Origin: Escherichia phage vB_EcoM_JNE01
Reading direction: 5' to 3' (one strand)
Sequence record: OR670491
Length of the DNA: 64,000 nt
This document shows positions 1 through 8,229 of the stretch, one piece after another. Under the pieces are notes generated by a model. That model saw nothing but the letters and a program-made list of their open reading frames with translations. It was not told the origin of the DNA and made no database searches. The position numbers and the translations under genes were made by a program. The number at the start of each line of letters is the position of its first letter. Within the stretch, counting starts at the first letter, position 1.

Positions 1-15
1 ATAACTAATGAAGAG

Positions 16-750
16 GTGAATAATCGAATTTCAGAAAAAATGAAAAAACTAAATATCAATGAATATGAAATTGTAGAATATAACAGTACTAGGAGCATGG
101 TTGAATATACAGTTGATGATATTTCATATACAACTAGTTACGATAAGATTATGCATCCAACTTGGAAAGGTAATCCAAGATATACAAAAGAAAGAATAAT
201 AAAATTGTCGAAAAAATATTGCAAGGGTAAAAAATTTCAATTTAATAAAATAATTGGTAATGTTAAAGGAATTAATACTATCATTGAATTAGAACTTGAA
301 AATGGTATGTTTATATATCCAAAATTTATACAATTAAAAGGAGGTTCTGACTTTAATACATCCACTGATGGTAAGATTTTAACAGAAATAATTTATCCTT
401 TGTTCGACAATTATATCACACAAAAACGTTTTGAAAATTGTAGAAATCCTGAAACTGGATACTTGTTGCCATATGATTTGTATGTTCCAGAATTTAATTT
501 ATTATTAGAAAAAGATGGAGTGCAACATTACAATCCAACAGCATATTTTAATAAAACATATGAATCATATTTGAAATTGAGAGAGAGAGATGAATTTAAA
601 AACAAATATGCCATATCAAATGGTTATAATTTCATGCGAATAGCAGATTATGAAGATCATGAAAAAATATTGAAATCTTTCCTTAAACTCATTGAAGAGA
701 ATCCAGGAAAGCAAATCGTGCAGATCTATGGTGAAGTACAAATTATCTAA
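16..750 (+). CDS. hypothetical protein (frame open to window start; may be 5' partial)
   Basis: 244-aa ORF from GTG; no in-frame stop upstream to position 1; followed by terminator/promoter hairpin at 757-790. Confidence 0.5.
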   Translation: MNNRISEKMKKLNINEYEIVEYNSTRSMVEYTVDDISYTTSYDKIMHPTWKGNPRYTKERIIKLSKKYCKGKKFQFNKIIGNVKGINTIIELELENGMFIYPKFIQLKGGSDFNTSTDGKILTEIIYPLFDNYITQKRFENCRNPETGYLLPYDLYVPEFNLLLEKDGVQHYNPTAYFNKTYESYLKLRERDEFKNKYAISNGYNFMRIADYEDHEKILKSFLKLIEENPGKQIVQIYGEVQII

Positions 751-760
751 AACAAAAGGG

Positions 761-790
761 TTGACACTAGTCAGCCCTTTTTGCTATAAT
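761..790 (+). promoter_or_regulatory. sigma70-like promoter (TTGACA-18-TATAAT) with -35 inside an inverted repeat
   Basis: TTGACA 761-766, TATAAT 785-790; AGGGTTGAC/GTCAGCCCT dyad; same module recurs at 31033, 35061, 38336, 41086. Confidence 0.55.
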
Positions 791-818
791 CATTTCATCA
801 ACTCAAGAGGATAAAGAC

Positions 819-1592
819 ATGACCCGTACAGAGAAAGCAATCCAAATCGAAAAGAACTTCAACAGCATGATGGCAGCTTTGGAATGTTTACTTGATACCC
901 AAGCTAATTCAATCAATTCCCTGATTGTATCTGGTAAAGGTGGTGTTGGTAAAACTTACAACGTTGACCAGCGTTTACAGAAAGCTGATGATAACTTTGA
1001 AATCGACTACAAAAAGATCAGCGGTAAAGTAACCACTATGGGTTTGTACGAAGCACTGTATCGTTCACGTCATGCCGCTTCAGTACTGTTACTTGATGAC
1101 GTTGATATCTTCAGTGATGAAACTAACATTGACTTGCTCAAAGCAGTGTTGGACACGTCGGAGAAGCGGGTTGTATCTTATGCAACTTCTGGTAAGTACC
1201 TGGAGCAGCAGGGTATTCCTAAGCAGTTTGAATTCCGTGGGAAGGTAATCTTCCTGACGAACAAAAACCTGTCACAGATTGCTAAAGGTAAAAGCAGTTT
1301 AGCACCACACATTGATGCACTGATTACTCGTAGTATCTTTGTTGACCTACAACTGTTCACCAACGAAGAAGTCATGATTCACATTGAGAACATCATGAAC
1401 AAGACTAACATTCTTGAGAACAATGGTGTTAATAAAAATGGTTGTAAAGCAATCCTGAACTGGATGCTGAACAACGAAGAAAACCTGCGTTCACCTTCAC
1501 TGCGTATGCCGTGCCTGATTGCTGGTTTGTACAACAAATTCCCGTATGATTGGGAATCAATGGCAGAAAACATGTTCCTGGAAAAGAACTAA
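819..1592 (+). CDS. P-loop NTPase (Walker A GKGGVGKT, Walker B LLLDDVD)
   Basis: 257-aa ORF, SD AGAGGA before ATG; Walker A/B motifs read directly in the translation. Confidence 0.7.
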   Translation: MTRTEKAIQIEKNFNSMMAALECLLDTQANSINSLIVSGKGGVGKTYNVDQRLQKADDNFEIDYKKISGKVTTMGLYEALYRSRHAASVLLLDDVDIFSDETNIDLLKAVLDTSEKRVVSYATSGKYLEQQGIPKQFEFRGKVIFLTNKNLSQIAKGKSSLAPHIDALITRSIFVDLQLFTNEEVMIHIENIMNKTNILENNGVNKNGCKAILNWMLNNEENLRSPSLRMPCLIAGLYNKFPYDWESMAENMFLEKN

Positions 1593-1595
1593 TAC

Positions 1596-1624
1596 TTGAC
1601 AGTACTACCAATGTACAGTACAAT
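1596..1624 (+). promoter_or_regulatory. sigma70-like promoter (TTGACA-17-TACAAT) for the membrane-protein array
   Basis: TTGACA 1596-1601, TACAAT 1619-1624, directly after stop of the ATPase gene. Confidence 0.5.
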
Positions 1625-1651
1625 ACCTGTATTGAAAAGCGAGGAAACGAT

Positions 1652-1981
1652 ATGCAAGAATTTATAACACAAGATTGGGTACGAAGTTTGACATTCTTCT
1701 ATATGTTGGGGTTCGTATATTATCATGTACTGGTTGGTATACTATGGTACTTTAAGAAGCGAGCGTGTTTAACTCTGTATCCAGAATGGATGATTTTATT
1801 TTCTGTCGTACAAGGCGTTGGTGTGTTATTTGGGGCAATAACACATTGGGTGTATGTGACTGACCCTAGATTAATTTATATTGCACCTTACTTTGTATTT
1901 GGATTTGGTATCATATTTTTGTGCATGAGTGCAATATATGGTTTGGTAGTTTATCGTAGAAAAATTGTTGGCGATTTATAA
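1652..1981 (+). CDS. small multi-pass membrane protein (membrane family 1/8)
   Basis: start moved to ATG at 1652 with SD GAGGAAA; hydrophobic segments; WYFKKR motif. Confidence 0.6.
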   Translation: MQEFITQDWVRSLTFFYMLGFVYYHVLVGILWYFKKRACLTLYPEWMILFSVVQGVGVLFGAITHWVYVTDPRLIYIAPYFVFGFGIIFLCMSAIYGLVVYRRKIVGDL

Positions 1982-1993
1982 GGGGATACAAAG

Positions 1994-2344
1994 ATGGGTT
2001 CTGATTACATTGAGTTTATTTTGAATAGCGGCATTGTACAAACTATTTCTATGTGTATCTTTTATCTTTATATTTTTGTTTGTGCATTTTTCTTTATTGG
2101 ATGGTACTTTAAACGTCCTTACTACGAAGTATATGCATACAGTGAAGAACTAAGTATTGCTAATAATATCTTAGCGTACTGTAGTGTAGGAGCATTAATT
2201 ATTGCAGTTGCAAGTGATAAAGGCTTAAATGTTGCATTTGCATTCTCTTATGGTGTCTGTGCATTGCCAGCATTCATTTTCTTTGGTATTATATTAGTAC
2301 TGAAATACCTTAACAAACTACGTAACCACATTCCAGAGGCATAA
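1994..2344 (+). CDS. small multi-pass membrane protein (family 2/8)
   Basis: hydrophobic ORF, GWYFKRPY motif, basic C-tail. Confidence 0.6.
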   Translation: MGSDYIEFILNSGIVQTISMCIFYLYIFVCAFFFIGWYFKRPYYEVYAYSEELSIANNILAYCSVGALIIAVASDKGLNVAFAFSYGVCALPAFIFFGIILVLKYLNKLRNHIPEA

Positions 2345-2345
2345 T

Positions 2346-2684
2346 ATGGAGTACTTTCTGAGTTTATTACCAATGCACATTCTAATCGCTACAGGTTATT
2401 ATGTATTCTTTGCAGTATTCTTTTTCCTGATGTGGTTCTTCAAACGACCCATTTCAGTCGTGATTGACCGTAACTACTGGCCTCCTATGTTACACGTTTG
2501 GTACTGGTTTTCGTGCTTTATGTCTATTATTCACTACGCTTTGATTAGTACTGGTCAACGTTCAAATGGGGAAGGTATTTGTACTGTGTTTTTTATATTA
2601 GGAACAGCGGTATATATATTTCTTCTAGTAACACCACTGATTCAGAAGTTACGTTCTAAGATTCCTGACGTGAGAGGTCACTAA
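2346..2684 (+). CDS. small multi-pass membrane protein (family 3/8)
   Basis: hydrophobic ORF, MWFFKRP motif; 1-nt gap to previous gene. Confidence 0.6.
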   Translation: MEYFLSLLPMHILIATGYYVFFAVFFFLMWFFKRPISVVIDRNYWPPMLHVWYWFSCFMSIIHYALISTGQRSNGEGICTVFFILGTAVYIFLLVTPLIQKLRSKIPDVRGH

Positions 2685-2686
2685 CA

Positions 2687-2995
2687 ATGTTTGAATTTGT
2701 AATGTTTACAGTAATTTCATTTTACTTTTGTATTTGCTGGGTTGGATTTCTCTTTGCACTGAAATCTTTTATCTTCTTTGAGAAGCAAGCAAAAGAGTTT
2801 TGGTTCCCAATCGCAGTAGTGACAGTAACATCACTGATTTGGGTATGGAAATTGTCATATGGTACATATGATGACATTCAGGTAGCACAATTTCTTCTTG
2901 GCCCTTGTGTAGTTGTATTTGTAGTAAGTTCAATTCCACCATTGTGTCGTGCAGTGAAGTCGTTTCATATGAAACAAAAAGCTAAACGCAGATAA
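2687..2995 (+). CDS. small multi-pass membrane protein (family 4/8)
   Basis: hydrophobic ORF, FFEKQ motif shared with next gene, basic tail KQKAKRR. Confidence 0.6.
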   Translation: MFEFVMFTVISFYFCICWVGFLFALKSFIFFEKQAKEFWFPIAVVTVTSLIWVWKLSYGTYDDIQVAQFLLGPCVVVFVVSSIPPLCRAVKSFHMKQKAKRR

Positions 2996-3006
2996 AGGAT
3001 AATAAC

Positions 3007-3324
3007 ATGCAAATTGAATTGATTCTATTCATCATCTGTGCTGTGTACATGTTATCGTGTTGGGTTGGATACCTGTTCGCAATCCCTGTATTTGACTTTT
3101 TTGAGAAACAATGCAAGAATGGTTTTATATGGGCGTGGGGTGCAACATTCAACAGTGTAATATGGACAGTACTACTTATATTCCATCCTCCTGAAGATAT
3201 GTACGGTGTGAGGATAGTACTGGTTATGACGCTTATATTAGTTGGATTATCAGCCTGTGAAGCACTATACAAAGTATTCACTTCCGTTCGTTTGAAGTAC
3301 TTGAATAAGAGGAAAGATGTATGA
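3007..3324 (+). CDS. small multi-pass membrane protein (family 5/8)
   Basis: hydrophobic ORF, CWVGYLFA...FFEKQ motif. Confidence 0.6.
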   Translation: MQIELILFIICAVYMLSCWVGYLFAIPVFDFFEKQCKNGFIWAWGATFNSVIWTVLLIFHPPEDMYGVRIVLVMTLILVGLSACEALYKVFTSVRLKYLNKRKDV

Positions 3325-3698
3325 TTACATTTACATTAAATGCATTGACAGTAATTCTATGCTATAGTACACTAGTCTACATTGGTAAATTCTTTTGTGT
3401 AAGATTCTTTGAAGCACAATACGATGCAGCGGCTGAAGACGATATTGATAATGTTGCTATCAGTGCTATGTGTTATTGTTTTGGTTTATTCTTCACTGTA
3501 TGTGCATGGTTAACGTACTATTATGATTTTGGATACCTAGAGGGTGACAGATTCTTACTAGTGTTGTTATTGGTATTCGGTTCATTTTGTGTCGTGATAC
3601 ACTTTTTTATTCTTGTGTGTACTAGTGTAGTATATAAGTTAGTTCCGTTCTTTAAAGATTTGCACAGTAAAATCCGTGCTAAGAAGAGAGGTGAGTGA
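3321..3698 (+). CDS. small multi-pass membrane protein (family 6/8)
   Basis: hydrophobic ORF; ATGA start/stop overlap. Confidence 0.6.
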   Translation: MITFTLNALTVILCYSTLVYIGKFFCVRFFEAQYDAAAEDDIDNVAISAMCYCFGLFFTVCAWLTYYYDFGYLEGDRFLLVLLLVFGSFCVVIHFFILVCTSVVYKLVPFFKDLHSKIRAKKRGE

Positions 3699-4051
3699 TG
3701 TTATCATTTGCGGGTCAGATTATCGTCATGGGTATTACATTATTATTCACGGTGAATAGTATTATTTTACTCGGTAAGTACTTTAATATTCGTCCAATGA
3801 ATAAGTTGTACGATAAATTAAAAGAAGATAATCCATTCTATGTATTTTTATCTGTAGCAATTGGCATAGGTTTCGTTTTAGAAGTTATTGGTTTAATTGC
3901 ATCTGCACCAGTTGTGATTGTTTTTGGAATCTTTTCTGCTACATGTGGGTTATTATTATTTTCTTTAGGTTTAATACTCGACCTATCGATTAACATTGGT
4001 ATTAAACTTAAGAAGTTTCATGAAAAGCAACTTCAGAGGGACGTAAAATGA
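3695..4051 (+). CDS. small multi-pass membrane protein (family 7/8)
   Basis: hydrophobic ORF; ATGA overlap. Confidence 0.6.
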   Translation: MMLSFAGQIIVMGITLLFTVNSIILLGKYFNIRPMNKLYDKLKEDNPFYVFLSVAIGIGFVLEVIGLIASAPVVIVFGIFSATCGLLLFSLGLILDLSINIGIKLKKFHEKQLQRDVK

Positions 4052-4419
4052 CATACCGTGAGTACTTCCTAATTGTTCATATCTTATTTTTTACCGTATT
4101 TTCTGTTGTAGGGTTGATGTATTATTTTTGTATTCAACCAGTGTACAATTACTTCCAGAAGACTACTGACACAAAGGTTGTTGGTACAATTGCTGCAATC
4201 CTATTATATATGTTGAGTATCCTTCTTATAATTGGTGAAGTATTTTTTGATGGTATGCCAAATTCAGACGGTTTGCTTATTCATGAGTTTATAACTGGTT
4301 TATATTGTTTAGTTGGGTTTATTGCATTTGTGATTTTTACAGTGTACAGGATCTATAAATTTTTCATGTATCTTGGTGGACTACACGATTCTATTCGTCA
4401 GAAACGTATGGGGGAATAA
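4048..4419 (+). CDS. small multi-pass membrane protein (family 8/8)
   Basis: hydrophobic ORF; ATGA overlap; followed by terminator. Confidence 0.6.
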   Translation: MTYREYFLIVHILFFTVFSVVGLMYYFCIQPVYNYFQKTTDTKVVGTIAAILLYMLSILLIIGEVFFDGMPNSDGLLIHEFITGLYCLVGFIAFVIFTVYRIYKFFMYLGGLHDSIRQKRMGE

Positions 4420-4424
4420 AAAAA

Positions 4425-4460
4425 TACCCAGTACTGAAATATTGTACTGGGTATTTTAAT
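4425..4460 (+). terminator. rho-independent terminator
   Basis: ACCCAGTAC-loop-GTACTGGGT hairpin followed by T-run. Confidence 0.6.
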
Positions 4461-4465
4461 ATATT

Positions 4466-4819
4466 ATGAGATTCATTAAAGCGAGCTTGCAATCACAAAA
4501 GAAATGTCAAATTATAATTGAACACGATGGTTTGAAGATATCAGCATTTGATTTTGGAAGTACTAAACATTCTATTTGCTTTAATGATCCTGACAACGCA
4601 GTGTATTGTCTTATGATTAAAGTAAACTACTTACATAAACTTATAACAGAACCTGAATATTTTGTTCGTTTCAAAAACTTTAGTACAGAGAAACTACATG
4701 AGATATATAGAATTTCAATGATTGCATATACATTTTTGGGAATACCTGATGATGAACTTGATGTGACATTCCCTGGTGAAGCTAAAATACCTAAAGAATC
4801 ATTTTGGAAGGATTTATGA
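4466..4819 (+). CDS. hypothetical protein
   Basis: 117-aa ORF after terminator. Confidence 0.5.
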   Translation: MRFIKASLQSQKKCQIIIEHDGLKISAFDFGSTKHSICFNDPDNAVYCLMIKVNYLHKLITEPEYFVRFKNFSTEKLHEIYRISMIAYTFLGIPDDELDVTFPGEAKIPKESFWKDL

Positions 4820-5457
4820 AACACAGACTTAATAAGTTTTACACTGACTATTTCAAAGATGTAAATGCATTCTTTAAAAAATACAAGATGCATACTAAAA
4901 ATGCACAGAACAGACGAAACCCAGCATTTGCCAGACCAAGTAGAAATATTACTTCATGTACACCTACGTGCTCAACGAAAAAGATGTTAAGTGCCAAAGG
5001 TATAAAGATAGCTTATATTGAAGCATATAAAGATAATGCACGTTTGAATAGTACTGATGATATTAAATTCAGTTCTGTTAAAATGAAAATTGGTGATATT
5101 CAGTGTGAAATGGCTGTTGATTTGGAATACAATCTGGAAATCAGAATGTATGTAGCTCACGATAGTTCACGAAAAGTGGAATTAATGGGAATAACATCTT
5201 ATATTTGTAAAGATACAGATGGATTTGCATTGAAAACTTCAACGTTCAACGTTGATTCGGTAGATGATCTCGATGGTGCATTAAATCATCTGATGAGTTC
5301 TGAATGTACAGACGAACTAATGTTCCAGTACTCACTGTTGTATAAAGATATTGACCAGTACATTGAAATGTGCAAAGTACTACAACGTGTATATGATATG
5401 TACATGAAGACTGGAAAACTAACTGCATTTATTTTATATAACGCAGTAGAGGTATGA
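4816..5457 (+). CDS. FQ-S family protein (outlying member)
   Basis: ATG at 4816 with SD GGAAGGA; motif DELMFQYSLLYKD shared with the 48-64 kb array. Confidence 0.55.
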   Translation: MKHRLNKFYTDYFKDVNAFFKKYKMHTKNAQNRRNPAFARPSRNITSCTPTCSTKKMLSAKGIKIAYIEAYKDNARLNSTDDIKFSSVKMKIGDIQCEMAVDLEYNLEIRMYVAHDSSRKVELMGITSYICKDTDGFALKTSTFNVDSVDDLDGALNHLMSSECTDELMFQYSLLYKDIDQYIEMCKVLQRVYDMYMKTGKLTAFILYNAVEV

Positions 5458-5458
5458 T

Positions 5459-5668
5459 ATGGAAAAGTTTTATAGTTCACTACTTCTATCTACTGAACTT
5501 GTATCATTTATGGTGTGCAAGACTAAGAAAGATTATTACATTAATAATCCAAATCCTTTAAATGATATAGAGCTATCACTTAAATTTGTAAATTGTACTG
5601 AAAATATATTAAAGTACAACAATAAAGTTTATTTTAATGTATTGAAATTGATATTTGTATATAACTAA
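5459..5668 (+). CDS. YY-family small protein (outlying member)
   Basis: C-terminus VYFNVLKLIFVY matches the 17-21 kb family. Confidence 0.5.
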   Translation: MEKFYSSLLLSTELVSFMVCKTKKDYYINNPNPLNDIELSLKFVNCTENILKYNNKVYFNVLKLIFVYN

Positions 5669-5670
5669 AA

Positions 5671-5698
5671 AGCCAGTACAAAGTACTGGCTTTATTTT
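5671..5698. terminator. bidirectional terminator between convergent genes
   Basis: AGCCAGTAC-AA-AGTACTGGCT hairpin flanked by A/T runs. Confidence 0.6.
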
Positions 5699-6902
5699 AT
5701 ATACCACGACTGGGTATTTGATATAATTGGAATTTAGTGTAGTAATCAGAAACTGTTGTCCCGGCTGCTTGTGGGATATAGCCACTCAAATACACATCCC
5801 CTTGATTATCCATATACACTGTTGTACATTCACTTGAACAGAATAACTCGGTGTTAGATACTTTAGGAGCATCAACTGGTGTTACAAATGTAGTACTTGA
5901 TGTTGTATTACCGCGACCGAGCTTACCATACGTGTTTATACCACACATATAAAGTGAATCGGCAGTTTTAACCGTAAGCCCACCATATGTTAATGAATTT
6001 GATTTCATTTCCATATCATCTGATATTGGTAGAGTGGAGATAGTGGATAATACTGTCCAAGAATTAGCGGATGAACCATTACCCAAGTTACCATCGGACT
6101 GAATCCCACTTGCACGAACTGTATATGTATTATTCGTGTTGTGTTTATATACAACCCATGATGCACTCCCACCGAGTTCATAATGTATAACAGTATTGTT
6201 GGCGAATGCACCCATTTGTGTCCATACTCTAATGTTAGTTGCATTATTACTTATACCAAGCGAACCCCATGTGTTTTGACCAGTGACCCAAAGTGTTTTA
6301 TCAATTTTCTGCACAATCACTGCACTTGAACCTGTTTTAACACTATCAACATTCGTATTAATTGACGTAAAAGTTGATAATCTAGTGGTTGTGTTATTAC
6401 CAAAATATCCCTGTGTATTCGTCCCCATTCCATATAGCGTACCATTTTCAAGTAAAACAAAAATACCCTCACCTACAAGTTGAATGTCCTTAATTTGGGA
6501 CAATTGTGTAGCATTGAATACTGATGTAAAATATGAAGTACAATCAGTATAAGTACTGGCAGTACTTAAACCTGCACCAATAGCTTTACCAACCCCACTG
6601 TAATAAAATTTATTATCTTCAGTTTGGATTAAATTAAAAGTACCTTGGGCTGTTCTGAAACGTTTTACATTTTGGTATATTAAAGTCCATTCTTTTACTT
6701 TCGCATTATGTACACCATTCCCGAATCCATAGTTTTGTGAAGTAGTTCCACCTATACCCATTAAGTCTCCATTTTTATATAATAGTAAGAGTGCTGTTGC
6801 TGGAATTACTGACGCACTATAACCATTGTACATAAAGATTTCTTTCACTTCAGGAACTTTCATTTTATTAGCGTATTTAACCATTCTTGCAAAAGGTAAC
6901 AT
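5697..6902 (-). CDS. RCC1-like beta-propeller repeat protein (paralog 1/9)
   Basis: 401 aa; N-terminus MLPFARMVKYAN; Gly/Ser/Thr-rich with G-x-N-x-x-G-[QK]-LG repeats (e.g. INTYGKLGRGN). Confidence 0.7.
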   Translation of the reverse strand: MLPFARMVKYANKMKVPEVKEIFMYNGYSASVIPATALLLLYKNGDLMGIGGTTSQNYGFGNGVHNAKVKEWTLIYQNVKRFRTAQGTFNLIQTEDNKFYYSGVGKAIGAGLSTASTYTDCTSYFTSVFNATQLSQIKDIQLVGEGIFVLLENGTLYGMGTNTQGYFGNNTTTRLSTFTSINTNVDSVKTGSSAVIVQKIDKTLWVTGQNTWGSLGISNNATNIRVWTQMGAFANNTVIHYELGGSASWVVYKHNTNNTYTVRASGIQSDGNLGNGSSANSWTVLSTISTLPISDDMEMKSNSLTYGGLTVKTADSLYMCGINTYGKLGRGNTTSSTTFVTPVDAPKVSNTELFCSSECTTVYMDNQGDVYLSGYIPQAAGTTVSDYYTKFQLYQIPSRGI

Positions 6903-6907
6903 AAAAT

Positions 6908-6930
6908 CCTCCTTTATTCATTATACTATA
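6908..6930 (-). promoter_or_regulatory. conserved upstream motif TATAGTATAATGAATAAAGGAGG (candidate promoter -10 plus SD)
   Basis: near-identical copy upstream of every RCC1-like gene. Confidence 0.4.
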
Positions 6931-6934
6931 TTTA

Positions 6935-6968
6935 GCCAAAAAGGAAAAGCCAGTACTTGAGTACTGGC
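6935..6968 (-). terminator. rho-independent terminator
   Basis: GCCAGTACTCAAGTACTGGC hairpin plus T-run on minus strand. Confidence 0.6.
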
Positions 6969-6979
6969 ATTATAAAGAA

Positions 6980-8155
6980 TCAAATTGTAGGAAGTAGGAA
7001 TTCTTTCATAACAGATGAACTACTCGCACTGACATTATCTGGTGATTTCCCTGCGTAGTATAATTTATTATTAATGAACATATATAATGTTGCATCATTC
7101 CCTGCAACAAGAGAAACCTCTTTATTAAAAACAACACCACTAGGTAAAATTGCTTCAACGAATGAACCTGATTCGCGTGTGGTATTATTTGCTAATTGAC
7201 CATTGTTATTATAACCAGTACTATAAATTTTACCTGAACTATAATACACAAGCCCACGTGTACTAGTGTTTTCTATACGAAGGAATTCACTATCATCTGG
7301 AACTGAAGTTGATAAAGTTGCATTTAACTTATAAGCGGATGTTGTATTATTATTACCCAACTGACCATAACCTTGATATCCTAGTGTATACATAGGACAT
7401 GATTCTGGTGTACCTTTAGTTATAACACCAAAATAATTCGAACTACAAAAAGCGTCTATAACTTCTGTAACAGGTGTACCCTTATATTGAACCCAAGGGA
7501 ATACATATGATTGTTGTTTGCCATTCCCTAAAGTACCAGAGCTTGTTGTTCCGGTACGCCATATTGTATCATCAAGTTTAATAATCCAGTTAGCAGATGT
7601 TATAGATGAACAGAATTTTTTAACATTATCAATTAAGTATGTAAATTTATTATAATATGATGCAGTGTTTAGCCCAAACTTAGCACCAGTATTATCACCT
7701 AACAAATATAAACTATTATCAGTACCTAAAATGACAGCATAATCATAACCTACATATATCTCTTTTATTTTTGAAATACCAAATTGTGTAAAATAGCTTG
7801 TACATTCAGTGAATGTTGTTACTGTATTTGTTGTATTATTACCTAACCATTTATCAAAACCACTAAAAAAGAATCTATCATCATTTGTGCGTATTAGACA
7901 AAAAGCGTTCCCTGTACTACACCAGAAATCTTTAACATTGCTATATATTTTTGTCCATTCCTGTACCTGTGTCGTATTACCTAGACCAAAAATACCACCA
8001 TTTTGAAGACCGATGGCCCATACTGAACCATTTTTATCAAGTAGCATTGTAGTTGTAAATGAGTATCCAGATGATGGTGTAACCAATTTAACAAAATTTG
8101 GGATATATGGCACGACCTTATTTCCGTACTTAGCCATCCTTGCAAAAGGTAACAT
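6980..8155 (-). CDS. RCC1-like beta-propeller repeat protein (paralog 2/9)
   Basis: 391 aa; N-terminus MLPFARMAKYGN; motifs YQGYGQLGNNN, YNNNGQLANN. Confidence 0.7.
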   Translation of the reverse strand: MLPFARMAKYGNKVVPYIPNFVKLVTPSSGYSFTTTMLLDKNGSVWAIGLQNGGIFGLGNTTQVQEWTKIYSNVKDFWCSTGNAFCLIRTNDDRFFFSGFDKWLGNNTTNTVTTFTECTSYFTQFGISKIKEIYVGYDYAVILGTDNSLYLLGDNTGAKFGLNTASYYNKFTYLIDNVKKFCSSITSANWIIKLDDTIWRTGTTSSGTLGNGKQQSYVFPWVQYKGTPVTEVIDAFCSSNYFGVITKGTPESCPMYTLGYQGYGQLGNNNTTSAYKLNATLSTSVPDDSEFLRIENTSTRGLVYYSSGKIYSTGYNNNGQLANNTTRESGSFVEAILPSGVVFNKEVSLVAGNDATLYMFINNKLYYAGKSPDNVSASSSSVMKEFLLPTI

Positions 8156-8190
8156 AATTTCTCTCCTTTATTCATTATAATGTATTTACC

Positions 8191-8223
8191 CAAAAAAAGA
8201 AATGCCAGTACTGGAGTACTGGC
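8191..8223 (-). terminator. rho-independent terminator
   Basis: GCCAGTACTCCAGTACTGGC hairpin plus T-run. Confidence 0.6.
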
Positions 8224-8229
8224 ATTATA

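Noticed and set aside
1178-1623. Three minus-strand ORFs (1178-1375, 1379-1573, 1429-1623) inside the P-loop NTPase gene
   Set aside because: Embedded antisense ORFs without start signals; the sense ORF carries Walker motifs.
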